Assembly: GCA_026023565.1 (NCBI GenBank)
Contig: JAPETS010000028.1
Span: 310,001-374,000 of the forward strand
Direction: 5' to 3'
Origin: Cirrosporium novae-zelandiae
Lineage: Eukaryota
DNA: 64,000 nucleotides
Shown piece after piece: positions 51,763-64,000 of the stretch; within the stretch, counting starts at the first letter, position 1; each line of letters begins with the position of its first letter. Under the pieces are notes generated by a model. The model was not told the origin of the DNA. It was given only the letters and a program-made list of their open reading frames with translations, and searched no databases. Made by a program: the position numbers and the translations under genes.

Positions 51763-53796
51763 ATGCCGGAATACAGCAAACTCAAGGTTGTGGACTTGAA
51801 GGCTGAGCTCAAGAAGCGTGGATTACCTCAGTCTGGTCTCAAACAGGTACTCATTGATCGTCTTATCGAATCGGACAGGGTATCTGAAGACCAGCCAGCA
51901 GAAGAACCTTCAACGGGCTCCGAATTCGATCATCAAGAGGATGCAAAAAATTTTGCACTTGAGACAGAGACCGCTTCTAAAGACGAAACCCATGATGTTA
52001 CGGCAGAGAAAACGACCAAAGAGACTCATGATCCAAATGAAGACGCGCAAAACGGTCGAGTAAATGAAGCGCAAGTGGTTGATCAAAAGGAAAGTCCCGC
52101 CAAGGGTCCTGATGATGGAGAATTGACGGGTGTGGATATGAATAATGAACCTACAACTCCCAATGACACAACACTTATGGAAGAAAAAAGATATCCTTTC
52201 GAACCACGCGATGTACTGGAACCAAAGATTCTGGAAGTATCTGCCGACCCTGCTCCTGCTCTTACGCTCAGAACTGAAGAGAAGGAAGATCCTTTACACA
52301 ATGCGATTGAGACGATGGGAGAAACGGTTGAAGAAAAACCAAAGGTTCCCCCGGAAGTGCTTACAGATGTATCACTCAATGTATCTGATGACAAAGAAAC
52401 CGAAGAAGCTATCGATGAATCGAAGAAAAGAAAACGGAGAAGTGAGACCCCTCCGGTTACCGAGGAAGTGGCTCAGAAGAAGGCAAAACAAAATGATGGG
52501 AGCCCACGAGTCGTTCTTCCAGAAGACGAATCCCAAAAGGAACAATCACGTCATGATTCAGCCGAAGCAATGGATATTGATCAAGAGGCTACCAAATCTG
52601 AGAAACTCCCAATTTCTCTAACAAGCAATAGTACAGCCGACAAGGCTGCACCTGAGACTACGGCTACAACAATGGATCAATCCTCTGATGCGCAAACACC
52701 TCAAAAACCATCACGTGTAGCTTCTGAAAAAGGATCAGACAAATCTAAGAATGAGACTGTACTAAGTGAAGAGACAAAATTGTCTCCTAGTGCTCGAGCC
52801 TCCGCTTCCAAACCTCCTGCCTCTGATGCTCGGTTCAAGAAGTTATTTTCTACTCCAAACACAGAGGCTAATCGAGACAAACCATCATTACAACAAACCA
52901 CGGCTTATGAGAATGAAGATCGTGCGATTACTCCAGCACTACATCCAGCGACGTGTGCACTCTATATTCGTGACTTTATGCGACCTCTGCAACCCAGGAA
53001 TCTCAAAGACCATTTGTCTGCGTTAGCTACACCCCCGGGTTCATCACCAAAACCAGAAATCATTACAGATTTCTTTCTTGATACTATCCGTACGCATTGT
53101 TTCGTTGGTTTTAAAACCATTTCAGCAGCATCTAGAGTTCGCTCCTACATGCACGACCGTGTTTGGCCAGATGAGCGAACTCGAAAACCTCTTTGGGTGG
53201 ACTTTGTTCCAGAGGACAAGGTTAAAGAGTGGATTGAGACTGAGCAAAGTGATAGTAGCGGTGGGAGACATTCTGTGGGCAAGAGATGGGAAGTTATTTA
53301 TGAGGAGGGGCCTGATGGTATGACAGCGGTCCTCCAGGAAGTGGGCATGGGTGGCAGACTAGGGACTAAAAACCCCCCACCTAATAATCGCAACATTATT
53401 GCCGATTCAAGAGAAAGTCTTGGGGATAATAGTCAAAGGCGTTTTTCCGCAACTGCAACGCAACCAAGGCTTCCTGATTCATTCAAGGCTCTCGATGAAT
53501 TGTTCCGGTTCACAACTGCAAAGCCGAAGTTGTACTATCTTCCTGTGTCTACGCAACTCGCAGAGCAGCGATTGGATAAGTTGTATGCTGTTCACCGCGA
53601 TAGTAGACCGAGTAGTCGACGAGGGGATGGTGAAATGCGGCGATATACCTTTGAGGATGGTGATCTTTTTGTGGACAATGGGCGGGACTTTGGGTATTCA
53701 CAAAGAGGCGGAAGAGGTCGGGCTAGAGGAAGGGGATATGGTGGGGAGAGCTGGAGAGGCAGCCATGGAAGAGATTACGGATATGGGGGAAGATGA
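51763..53796 (+). CDS. Acinus-like SAP + RRM + RSB-motif protein
   Basis: SAP domain LKVVDLKAELKKRGLPQSGLKQVLIDRL. Acinus-type RRM (ALYIRDFMRPL...IRTHCFV...VWP...KPLWVDF). RSB-like LDELFRFTTAKPKLYYLP. RGG tail. Confidence 0.88.
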   Translation: MPEYSKLKVVDLKAELKKRGLPQSGLKQVLIDRLIESDRVSEDQPAEEPSTGSEFDHQEDAKNFALETETASKDETHDVTAEKTTKETHDPNEDAQNGRVNEAQVVDQKESPAKGPDDGELTGVDMNNEPTTPNDTTLMEEKRYPFEPRDVLEPKILEVSADPAPALTLRTEEKEDPLHNAIETMGETVEEKPKVPPEVLTDVSLNVSDDKETEEAIDESKKRKRRSETPPVTEEVAQKKAKQNDGSPRVVLPEDESQKEQSRHDSAEAMDIDQEATKSEKLPISLTSNSTADKAAPETTATTMDQSSDAQTPQKPSRVASEKGSDKSKNETVLSEETKLSPSARASASKPPASDARFKKLFSTPNTEANRDKPSLQQTTAYENEDRAITPALHPATCALYIRDFMRPLQPRNLKDHLSALATPPGSSPKPEIITDFFLDTIRTHCFVGFKTISAASRVRSYMHDRVWPDERTRKPLWVDFVPEDKVKEWIETEQSDSSGGRHSVGKRWEVIYEEGPDGMTAVLQEVGMGGRLGTKNPPPNNRNIIADSRESLGDNSQRRFSATATQPRLPDSFKALDELFRFTTAKPKLYYLPVSTQLAEQRLDKLYAVHRDSRPSSRRGDGEMRRYTFEDGDLFVDNGRDFGYSQRGGRGRARGRGYGGESWRGSHGRDYGYGGR

Positions 53797-54759
53797 AAGT
53801 GGAACGACAGTATGGATGGTGTCAATCTAGTGAAAGGTTGATTACTCCAGGTGGGCCTTTTGGTGTGGTACAAAACACAAAACTATATTGGGGGGAGTCA
53901 AGGGTTAAACGTGGTTATCGCATGCTCGATAAGTCTAAATTTCAAAGGAGAGGTTTTGGTGGGGTTGGGAGGTTGGGATTGGGAATGGAAGATGATGGCC
54001 CCTTTGAATAAATAGGGCTATTCATGTACAGTACATATATACATAGTTGAACAATAGAGAGCAGGACACATTGCGTTTATGAATTAAGGTAATTAAGTAA
54101 TTAATTTAATTATCAAAAAAAATTCAAATCAGTGTGGCATGTAAGAGAAGAGGTTGAGATTGACACAGTTGGCCCGTAAGTTTCAAAACTGAACCAATCA
54201 AACGTGTTACTGTAATTAGTTACGGACGTCACAGTCACAGCCACAGCCACAACCGTTTGGACCCTCTCTCTCCCTCTCTTGCTCTTCTTGTACTGTACGA
54301 TTACGACTAACTACCTCAAACCAGTCAGTCCATGCCCTGGTGGGATCCCTAGGAGCAGATTAAACAGATCTGCTTCGTTCACCAGTTGCCAATCATCAAC
54401 GCCCTACTATTGTCATCAACTGCTCTTTCCATCTCTTCTGTTGGCTCTCTCTCCTTCTCTCCGGTTTTGCATCTAACTACTGACCAATGACTGTCTGACA
54501 TCTCACCACCACCATCATCCCTCGATTTAAGAGAAAAGCGCATGAAACCTCTGTAGAGACAGACGCCCTGACCAACCCCTGTCAAGTACCCGCCGTTACT
54601 GATGCCAAGCCACGAAATCGCAACCCTCCTTCCAAGACGCGCGCTCACTCTTAAGCAGCATAAAGTCTAGGCATTGGAATTCTACCTTTTCTGCCACATC
54701 TTGGCTTTCTTGACATTTTGAGAGGCGTCGATTTTTATCGCCGTTCATTGAAGGAAATT

Positions 54760-56642
54760 ATGGGATGGCCAACGTGTAATGCCACGCTGGAAAACGAGTC
54801 CGGTATGACCAAACTAAGTTCCCAAAAAGCTTACCTTTCTTGCTGATCATCACCGCAGTTGATGTTGAGAAAGTCATATGGAATAATCTCACCTTTCATC
54901 AAATTGCCGTCTACATATCCGCCCTGTTCTCCCTCATCGCCGTCCTTATTTCATTCTGGCTAATCTTCAGACATGCCACACATTATCTCAAACCATGGGA
55001 GCAAAAACCGTATGTTTATGGGGGAAAAAAGCACAACTGTTAAGGCGCTGACAGTGTGATAGCATCATCCGGGTGCTTATCATGGTGCCCATATATGCAG
55101 TCGTCTCATTCCTTTCTATCAAATACTATATGAAATCAGTTTACTTTGAAGTGCTTCGAGACTGTTATGAAGCAATAGCCATAGCTAGTTTCTTCACTCT
55201 AATGTGTCACTATATCGCACCCGACCTACATAGTCAAAAAGATTATTTTCGATCGTTGAAACCGGTGCCCTGGGTTTGGCCGGTCAATTGGCTTCAGAAG
55301 TGTTGTGGCGGGGATCGTGGAATATGGCGCACACCACGGAGTGGACTCACATGGTTCAATGTACGTTTATCTATTATCGTCGGACTGACAATGCTAATTA
55401 TCTACTGTAGATCATTTGGGTTGGCGTCTTCCAATACTGCTTCATCCGCGTTGCTTGCACAATTCTAGCAGTTGTGACCGAGTACTTCGGGCTGTACTGC
55501 ATAGATTCCGACAATCCTGCTTTCTCTCATGTCTGGGTTCGTTCACTCCCTTTGGTAAATGTTGGATCGAAATGCTTACAGGATGCAGATTGAGATGATT
55601 GAAGGTATATGCGTCACTATTGCCATGTACTTTCTTATTCAATTCTACATCCAACTGCGAGGAGATCTCAGCGAGTACCAACCTTTTCTCAAGATATTGG
55701 CAATTAAGCTTGTCATCTTCCTGTCATTCTGGCAATCTGTGAGATAATCTACTCTTTAGGTAAGAGATTAGACTAACGTAATGATAGTTTGGTATATCCA
55801 TGCTCACCAGTACTGGTCTTGTTGACACAGTTCAGGCCACCAAGGAAGGTGCCACGATCGGCTATCCAGATATCAAAATCGGCATACCCTCTCTTGTTTT
55901 GTGTATTGAGATGGCTCTCTTTGCCATATTACATCTATGGGCCTTTCCGTGGCAGCCTTATGACATAGTTCGGTCTGCCGCAGTTGCCGCCGAGACACCT
56001 CCTGACGTAACTTTAGATAAGTCGAGCTATAAAGGGGGTTTCCTAGGATGCAAAGCATACTTGGATGCTGCTAATCCATGGGATCTCTTCAAAGCCGTCG
56101 GCAGGTCCGCAAGATGGCTATGTGTAGGAAGAAAGAAGCGCGAACTCGATCCTTCTTATGATGCTTATAAGGCCAACCAGACTGGAACCGAATTGAGGGA
56201 AGCACAAGCCGATACCGCTTATCATGGTTCATCTAGAATTCCATATGGAGGATCAAATAGATATGAACGACTTGGAGATGACGAAGATCGAGAGCCTCTC
56301 ACAACTCACGCACAGGCTAATCCATACTCACAACCTGGGGGTTTGACAACGGGTGATATTGGTGACATGCGTAATTATTCTTCAGAAGCATTAAATACAG
56401 CCTCGAATTCTCGCAGAACTCCGGGTGACCAGGAGATCGGGGTTGCGATGACTCCGGAGGATGATATCATTTATCATTCCAGAGGACCACGACATCATGC
56501 TCAATCTTCATCTGATTCTTACACATTACCACAGTACTCTGTTGAAGACACTCACCAATCATACCGACCTTACCAACCCTACCAACCCTATCAACCAGGG
56601 AGCAGTCCAGAGGAGCATTCATTACCTTATCCTAAGATCTGA
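54760..56642 (+). CDS. TMEM184/OST-alpha (DUF300, Hfl1-like) membrane protein (exons 54760-54802, 54859-55009, 55063-55360, 55411-55536, 55589-55738, 55788-56642)
   Basis: IIRVLIMVPIYAVVSF, LRDCYEA, LKILAIKLVIFLSFWQ and LCIEMALFAILHLWAFPW. Confidence 0.92.
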
Positions 56643-59481
56643 TGAAGTTCTTTTGATTGGGTTTGTGTTTTAGGGCTGGGAATGGCTTGGGTTTTACCAG
56701 GACGATTAGCGGCGTTTAGTGGTGCTCAGGTTTTTTTGATACCACGGAATGAATACGACTGGCAGGCAGGCAGGTCAGGTCAGGATGAATTTTGAAAATT
56801 CTTTTTGTGCGTGTGTCCCGCATATTCAAGAGGACTTGATGTTAATGAGCCTTTTTTTTGTTAAATTTTGTTCCCGTTCGCATGCGAATGTATGTAACAT
56901 TAGCATTTGTTGTCGATAGACGACAACTTCGTTGGCGCGTTTTTCTTCTTCTTTTCTTCTTACTTATGTGCATGGATGCACATTCTGAGAATTTCAATGA
57001 ATAACAAACAAACAACCCAGAATATGAGTATTCGGAATCGGAATCTCAATGATTGGATTAAATTTTTTAAAATATATATATATATTTGGAAGATATCCCG
57101 ATTTTTAAGGGGTTTTAAGGGTGGACTGACTCCTAACCTCTAAATTTCTATGGAAAAAGCGGGGACTTGGATTTTAGATTTTGGGTTTTTATTTGAGATG
57201 GGAGGGGAGTATTTAAAAGTGCCTAGGTAATTCATAATAAATAAATAAAGAAGGGAGGGAAAATCTACACACTAACCATCTATCCGTGCATCTATTCATC
57301 TAGCTAACTAACTAGGTAGATCTGTAAATCAAATCAAATCCCAGCCCGGTTCTTCGAGTGATATAGATATGGCTCTTCTCCTAGATCTAGACCTGGTTTC
57401 ATACTAATAGGATATCATCACCCGATATCATACCGTATCGTATTGTAGCAGCTATGCCATAACCGCATTCACATCCACATCCACCCTCATCCATTACACA
57501 TACACACCAACTATCCCACCACCACCAGCACCTCCTCCATAACCCCCCCCTTCATCCTCCCCATCCTCCTCCTTATTCAAAACCACATCCGCGATCTCAC
57601 TTCTAGTCTTGGGAACGCTCTCGGTACGGGTGCGTTTGGGGGACGTGGTCGAGGTGGTTGAGGCTTTGTTGGGGGGGTTGGGGGAGCGGTTTGGGGGAGA
57701 TGGGGGAGGGGAAGGGATGTTGGGTTTGTGGGGGGTGGGGTCATGGTTTTTTTTGTTTCTTTTTTGGTAGTGGTGGTGGGAGTATTTCTTTGTGGTGTGG
57801 TATGGTTTGCGAAGTCGGTTCTGTTTTAGATGTGAGATGGGAGGGGTTCGTAAATCGATGGGTAGATAGATCGATGTAGGTAAGAGCGGGTAGGCAGAGA
57901 CCCTTTTTTATATATGACGGAATATGGGACAGAATGGAACACAACATGGGTGGCTATGCTATGCTATGCTATCGTGCTGTGTTGTGTAATATCATGTCGT
58001 GTCCATCCATCTATCCATACAAACCAAATCCTTCACAAACGAGGTGCAGTACTTGAATGAAGGAACGAATGAGCTAACAACTCAATAAATGAATGAATGG
58101 ACGAATGAATATATAAATTATAGGGGAGTTTTATGAATAATCGTGTTGTGAACAAACGCATGGATGGATATATGGATGAGTAGATGTCCAAACATGAGGG
58201 AGTTACTAAATAAGCAAACGAACAAGCAAGGAAGCAAGCAAACGAAAACTTAGATCGATATTTAGGTTCTAGGCTTGAATGGAAAATAGAGAGTGCGGAG
58301 GATGGGGATATGGGGTTGATATTTATCATATAAGAAAGGGGGGAATAAATAAAGAAGAAAATCTCTCTCTTTTTTTTCTTTTTCGGTTCCCCTATTCTGT
58401 ACAGAAAGGAAGGGGGGGGGTTGAGGTCCGATTAGAATATAGACCGATAGATCAACGGGTTTTTTCATTTGATTTCCTTGCTTTCGACATGTAGATTGGA
58501 ATCGAAATGTTTGCTTGGAAGGGAATAAATTAGAGTAGAATATACTATTAATAGGCTGGTGTGAATGTTCTTGATTGATTGATTGATTAGTCGGTTGTGG
58601 TAACACGACACGACATGATTAATATGTTGGTTGGTTGGGCCGTTTAGAAAGAGGATGAAAATGAAAGTGAAGATGAAGATGAAAATTAGTGGTTCATTAT
58701 GTGCACACACATACGCACGTGCATCTTTGGGTGGGTGGGTGTGTGTTGTTGTTATCTGACCAATCCTTACAAGATGTGGTGTATGCAGTAACGTTGATGG
58801 TCGATGAAACCAATGTGCTGTTTTTGATGATGTCTGTGAGTTTACTCTAGTTATATCATAGGCAGAACGGAGAACGAGGGGGTTCGATCCAACATGGATT
58901 GCGTGATAATGAATGGCAGTAAGTTCAAAATGAATATATTGTTGAGAAGAAGGAGAACGGAGAATAATAAATATCAATTAAGAACACCATATTATTTAGG
59001 GGGGGGATACATGAATTTGGCTATTATAGCTAAACGCTGGATATCCACTACAAGTTAATTAGCGGAATATTCATGTCCTTTTTCCTTGGAGGTAAAGAGT
59101 ACTAGCTTGCCTCTAGGTCGCGAGAAAAGGATCGCTATAACATATATTGAACCATGGAAAAGAAAATAAGAGAAAGTAAATTCTGATTATATTAGAGAGT
59201 AGACCGAGAGGTATTAAAAAGTAAACCTATCTCTCGCCCCTGTGTAACTTGCCCTGAACATCTCGCCCCTACTCCCTGCTATACCTAAGAAACAAAGCAG
59301 TCTTGAATTCTGTTATATACTGCTTTTGATATGATTCACTTATACTGAAAGAATCAACACCTGCCCTTAAAAGATTGTAGACGAAATAATCTTCTAGACC
59401 AATTTGCTTATACCACTATAGAGTCAAGGTGAACAGTCACACTAGTCCTAAAAACCCTTGAAGGCAAATTTAGGCATAGAA

Positions 59482-60666
59482 CTAATCATCTGTAAGGTCT
59501 ATGACCTGCATCTTAGTCTTCTTCTTTTTGATAGTAGGCACATCTTCGTCGCTAAGATCCAAGACAACAGCCTCTTGCTTGATGCGACCTGAGACTCTGG
59601 AGACGGTGCTGCTCTCTCTACGCTCACGTTTGACACCTCGCTCTTGTTTCACTAGTGTAGTCTGTGGGCCTGTTAGCCGGGTGCCCAAGAAAAGCAGTAG
59701 GGGAAAACGGACATTTTGTTGTCTAAGGAGCCTACGCAATTCTTCAGGGGACATATCATCGTATGGATCCGAAGGAGGCGGTGGGGACGATTCTGGAGAA
59801 GGATCTCGCGGGATGATTAGCATAGCTTGAAGTGCAGCTGTAGCATGGATCAGTCTATTTTCTAAGCAACACAGCCAAAAACCCCTTACCGCGAGATCGA
59901 TACTTGAATATAAATTTTGCATATGGCGTAGCATCAACATATGTGGTTTCTACATGGTGCCGGTGTGCTATTTTCTCACGATTAAGGAACCTAAATATCC
60001 ATGCCATATCAGAATCTAAAACAAGACAACTAGAAAATTGTTATTAAAGAAGTCGTACGAAGTAGTATGCGATAAAGCTTGGCCCTTGAGAGCTTTCTCC
60101 GGCACTGCGCCTAGTGCATATTTGGGATCATCGAACTTGGAGCTCCCTCTTCTACCATGATATATGATCCGAAGAATATGGACTTCGATGGTTCCGATCT
60201 TTGCGACCCTTTTGCTCATGGACTTGAGCTTCTCAGAATCAAGAGCTTCCTCTGCTGTATCTATGTTAGTATATCTAAAATAAAATAACTATGGAATTTG
60301 GATAAAGCACGGACTAAGCTGGATAGTAGAAAATTGAGTGCGTTCTAAGAACGTTCCATCCTTTTGGCATGTTTTGCGACCGAGAATGTCCTTAATGTAA
60401 GGTGTTTTTGATGCTAAATACCTTGGAGGTATTGCAGACTTTGTGATTTTCTCCCCATCCACGTAGACACAACAACTCACACCATATGGAATTACTGCAT
60501 CAGCATCGAGGTAAACTCTAAGAGCAAATTCAGCTCCAGATATTGCTTTAACATATCTCGTAACACTGTTCTCAGTCGATGGATCGTCATCGCTTGTATA
60601 CTCCTGAAGAGGTTTCGTAAGGTTGTCAATGAGGACTTCGGCCTCAAGTCCCTTGAACGTTACCAT
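59482..60666 (-). CDS. Fungal DUF7918-like protein (5 exons; introns about 60314-60261, 60058-59991, 59889-59838 and one near 59700)
   Basis: PLQEY...VTRYVKAISGAEF, GTIEVHI, VPEKALKGQALSH and spliced FIFKYRSRAALQAMLIIP. VKQE/IKQE SUMO-type motifs and a VIDLTDD SIM-like end. Confidence 0.75.
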
Positions 60667-61128
60667 GTGGATTATAGACTGATCTCTGCTTTAGATAATA
60701 GATAGGATAACACGTTGTAATTGTTAGGGCTTGAAGAGAGATCGATTCAAGGCTGAGAACGCATTAGTGACATGCAATCATGTGAGGAAACCCTTACCAC
60801 ATTTATCTCACAATCCTAAGATTTTTTAAATTTTAACACGAATTTGATTAATGATATGTGCAAGAATGAGGTGAAATAATTGAAACTCTTGAATTGAGGA
60901 TTTATTTACTCTAGGCTCGTCTCATGCCCCTTTGTAGTTTCTTTATAGAGTGCATTTCCTGGTAGCGTGGACTCATATTCATCTTGATATCTCATTAATA
61001 TAACTATAAATAGTCTCTAGCAATATTATAAATTGTTAATGAGAGTTTTTTGGAAATATACATTTCTACAATATAATAATAACTATCGTAAGTTCGGTTC
61101 CCATAAACAAACTCATCCTTACCAAAAA

Positions 61129-62656
61129 TCAACCTTCCCAGTCCCTTAGTCTACCTTCCTCCGCCTGAGTGCTGACCCATTCTTCACTGCTCAAACCATC
61201 TTCTTTCATCCTCCTGACAACATCCGGCCCCATTCTACAAACATCGCATGCGAATTCGCATATTGGCCGTTCGGACTCCTCAAAGTAATGTGTAATCATT
61301 GCATGTCGGCATTTATTTGTGGTCTCACAATAATGCACTAACGCTCCAAAGCTCTTCATCCGTGTTTTCAGCTGCTGTGCCTGTTTTCCTGTCGACATAG
61401 CTGAGAAACCTGGACCTTGTTGAGCCGAGAAGTCCGGCTTAGAAACACGATACGCTACACGAGTCCTGTCTTCTCTAGAATAGTACATAAGGCAGAGGGC
61501 AGCGCGGCCATCACGACCAGCACGCCCTGCTTCCTGGTAATAGGACTCGAAGGTCTTAGGAATCTCCCAATGTACGACGAAGCGAACATCTTCTTTATCG
61601 ATACCCATACCAAAAGCCGTAGTTGCAACAATGATATCGTAACCTTCTTCACCAGCGATCCAAGCTTTCTGACAGTGTTCGCGCTCGGTGGGTGAGAGTT
61701 TAGCATGATAGGGCGCAGCACCAATCTTACATTGGCGTAACCGCTGAGCAAGCTCTTCACAATTATTACGGGTTGATGTGTAGATAATCCCAGAAATAGT
61801 AGGGCGAATGCCCTGAGCAGCAAGCTCGGCAGCTCTGACTTTGTTATTAGCCCTTCGGTTATAAATTTCTTGCAACCAGGAAAGGAAATCTTGGAATCGT
61901 CCTTCGCCGCCTTCCTCGTCCGAAGTAAATCGTATCTCGTAGTGCAAATTCGGACGGGAGGTAGTCATCGTGAAGCTTTTGAGGGTCGATTCTTTAACCG
62001 CTAAAGAGGTTATTATGTCTGTACGAACTTGAGGAGTTGCGGTTGCAGTAAGAGCGATAATTGGAGTATTAGGGCAATTAACCTTGAACCATGAGAGTTG
62101 AGTGTACGCAGGTCGGAAATCATGGCCCCATTCTGATATGCAATGGGCTTCATCCACCGCAATACGTGCTAACTCGTGTTGGTGATAAATGGTCTGAATA
62201 TGTTTCCTGAAGTTTTGCGTTTGGCAATATTCAGGAGTGACATAGAGCAGACGAGTAGTTGGATGACCACATCTCAGGTCTGCTGTTATTAAATCACGTT
62301 CTGGAATAGAAATATGGCTATTAATAGTTGCCACTGCTATTCCTGCAGCTTTTAGAGCTGTAACTTGATTGTTCTACATCCATTTAGAGCGAATTCAGAA
62401 GGTTGATAATGAGACTTACCATCAAAGCTAGAAGAGGGGAGATGACAATGGTAAGGCCATGATCAATAACAGCAGGTAGTTGATAGCACAAAGACTTCCC
62501 AAAACCAGTTGCTGCTTGGATGAAGACGTCATGACCTTCGAGAGCAGTACAAATGACTTCTCGCTGCAGCGGTTTGAAATCATTCTTGCCGAATACTTTC
62601 CTTAGAGTCCAGTCAAGGTCGATATGAGATGGTTTATTAGCTGGCTGCCTTCTCAT
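61129..62656 (-). CDS. Short RecQ-family DNA helicase, RecQ2/RecQ5-like with no HRDC (exons 62656-62420, 62373-61129)
   Basis: ATGFGKSLCYQLP, VDEAHCISEWGHDFRP, LTATA, ATTAFGMGIDK, YYQEAGRAGRDG and Zn-binding CRH...CEFACDVC. Confidence 0.95.
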
Positions 62657-63227
62657 TGAATTGGATCTGTTAAGGGACAACATTCCGAAGAGTCGAGTTG
62701 AAGGAAGAATAGGATGCCCAAGGAAAGGATCCAAACTGAAATCGACTCAAAGGTGGAAGACTTGGATGGGAAGCGTGACTTAAAAAGACCACGAGAATTC
62801 AAAGTGACCAAGACATGCTACAATTATATCCTTCATGTACTAACGACCTAGATAATATAAAGGCAGCAGCGGACCCTTTAGTGTATTGAAAGCTTCTGCT
62901 TCCGTTCATAGATAAAGCAGAGACGTAGATTAGAGTGGTAGCACGATCACTTGATTTTATGACACCTAGAGGGTTTACTACCATAGTAGAAGCATGTCTC
63001 AACAATAATTGTTTTATGGGGTAATCTTCTGGATCTGGTGGTGGGTATTTTGTTGCATTTCACAGGATAGAAGAAGACATTCTACCTGTGATGATGTTCT
63101 GGTGTTTTAATAATGCATCCAATGATATAGGGTGTATATATAAAGCATAACAAGTCTATCCTATAAATGGTTAGACAGATCTATTCCCCAAACTCCGCAA
63201 TTTGATCCGATTTCGCACCAAGCTGCC

Positions 63228-63234
63228 TGACTCA
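63228..63234. promoter_or_regulatory. Gcn4/CpcA element TGACTCA upstream of ILV6
   Basis: Perfect site about 106 nt upstream of the ATG. Confidence 0.7.
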
Positions 63235-63339
63235 ATCCAACTGCTTTAAAACTTCTCCTCTTTACTTTTAATATATTTCACCTTCATATTCAGATAATCT
63301 AGTCATTGGGAGGTCTCTACGCTCATATCATCGGCCACA

Positions 63340-64000
63340 ATGGCCCCAGCACGTACTCTCACCGCTGTCACTCTCCGTCGCTTTTCTCTCACCCCGCATA
63401 TCAAAGCTCCCTCGTCCATTCATTCACGATTTACGTCCTCTTCCACCTCTGCTCTAGCTTATAAAGCTCTACATCGGCATCCTAAGCACCCACATCACCA
63501 ATCTCCATCTCCCCCCTCATGGTCTGCTCCGGCTGCTGTGTCCTCGATTCTCTACGAGACCCCATTACCATCCTCCGCACCGCCAAAACGACATATACTC
63601 AATTGTCTCGTTCAAAATGAACCCGGTGTTTTATCCCGTGTGTCCGGGATTCTAGCCGCTCGTGGTTTCAACATTGACAGTCTTGTCGTCTGTAATACCG
63701 AGGTAGAAGATCTCTCAAGGATGACAATCGTGTTATCAGGCCAAGACGGAGTGGTAGAGCAGGCTCGTCGTCAATTGGAAGATCTAGTTCCTGTATGGGC
63801 CGTCCTAGACTATACTGCAGCTCCATTGGTTCAAAGAGAACTCCTCCTAGCCAAAGTCTCTATCCTTGGACCTGAATATTTCGAGGAACTGCTGAGACAT
63901 CATCGAGAAATCGTGGCGGACCCCGAGCGCCCTATGGCCGAATTGCCTTCTGCCGAGACCATCGTACTAGGGACTGAGCAGGTGCCGAGCGAACAATACT
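63340..64000 (+). CDS. ILV6: Acetolactate synthase regulatory (small) subunit, mitochondrial; runs off the window end
   Basis: Hand translation gives a presequence followed by ACT domain HILNCLVQNEPGVLSRVSGILAARGFNIDSLVVCNTEVEDLSRMTIVL. It is absent from the ORF track because it has no stop in the window. Confidence 0.96.
   Translation, partial: MAPARTLTAVTLRRFSLTPHIKAPSSIHSRFTSSSTSALAYKALHRHPKHPHHQSPSPPSWSAPAAVSSILYETPLPSSAPPKRHILNCLVQNEPGVLSRVSGILAARGFNIDSLVVCNTEVEDLSRMTIVLSGQDGVVEQARRQLEDLVPVWAVLDYTAAPLVQRELLLAKVSILGPEYFEELLRHHREIVADPERPMAELPSAETIVLGTEQVPSEQY

Overview
This is eukaryotic DNA from a filamentous ascomycete (Pezizomycotina-type gene structure: short GT-AG introns, many with CTRAC/CTAAT-type branch points). 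It is mostly a housekeeping region with about 20 protein-coding genes: glutathione reductase, SOG2, lipoate-protein ligase, ARO2, an ABC1/ADCK kinase, an NDT1-like mitochondrial carrier, VPS17, a CCCH-finger gene, an NAD-dependent epimerase-family gene, THO2, a DUF3984-like gene, ARG3, a TAG1/DUF3712-like gene, a KE/RE-repeat protein, MET2, an Acinus-like SAP protein, a TMEM184/HFL1-like gene, a DUF7918-like gene, a short RecQ helicase and the 5' part of ILV6. I saw no CRISPR, rRNA, tRNA, intact transposon or biosynthetic gene cluster, and I cannot support a large new multi-gene system. The best leads are fine-scale: (1) an AUG-less, probably CUG-initiated mitochondrial presequence on glutathione reductase; (2) a THO2 mini-exon encoding a PAM2 motif, followed closely by an EDGEI motif of the ARS2-binding type; (3) an exact 22-nt copy of lipoate-ligase coding sequence in its own 5' leader; (4) perfect Gcn4/CpcA sites upstream of three amino-acid biosynthesis genes; (5) abrupt C-rich to G-rich strand-skew flips that also change synonymous codon use; (6) several candidate small ORFs, uORFs and splice switches. 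All gene models were spliced by eye, and family names are from recall, not database searches.
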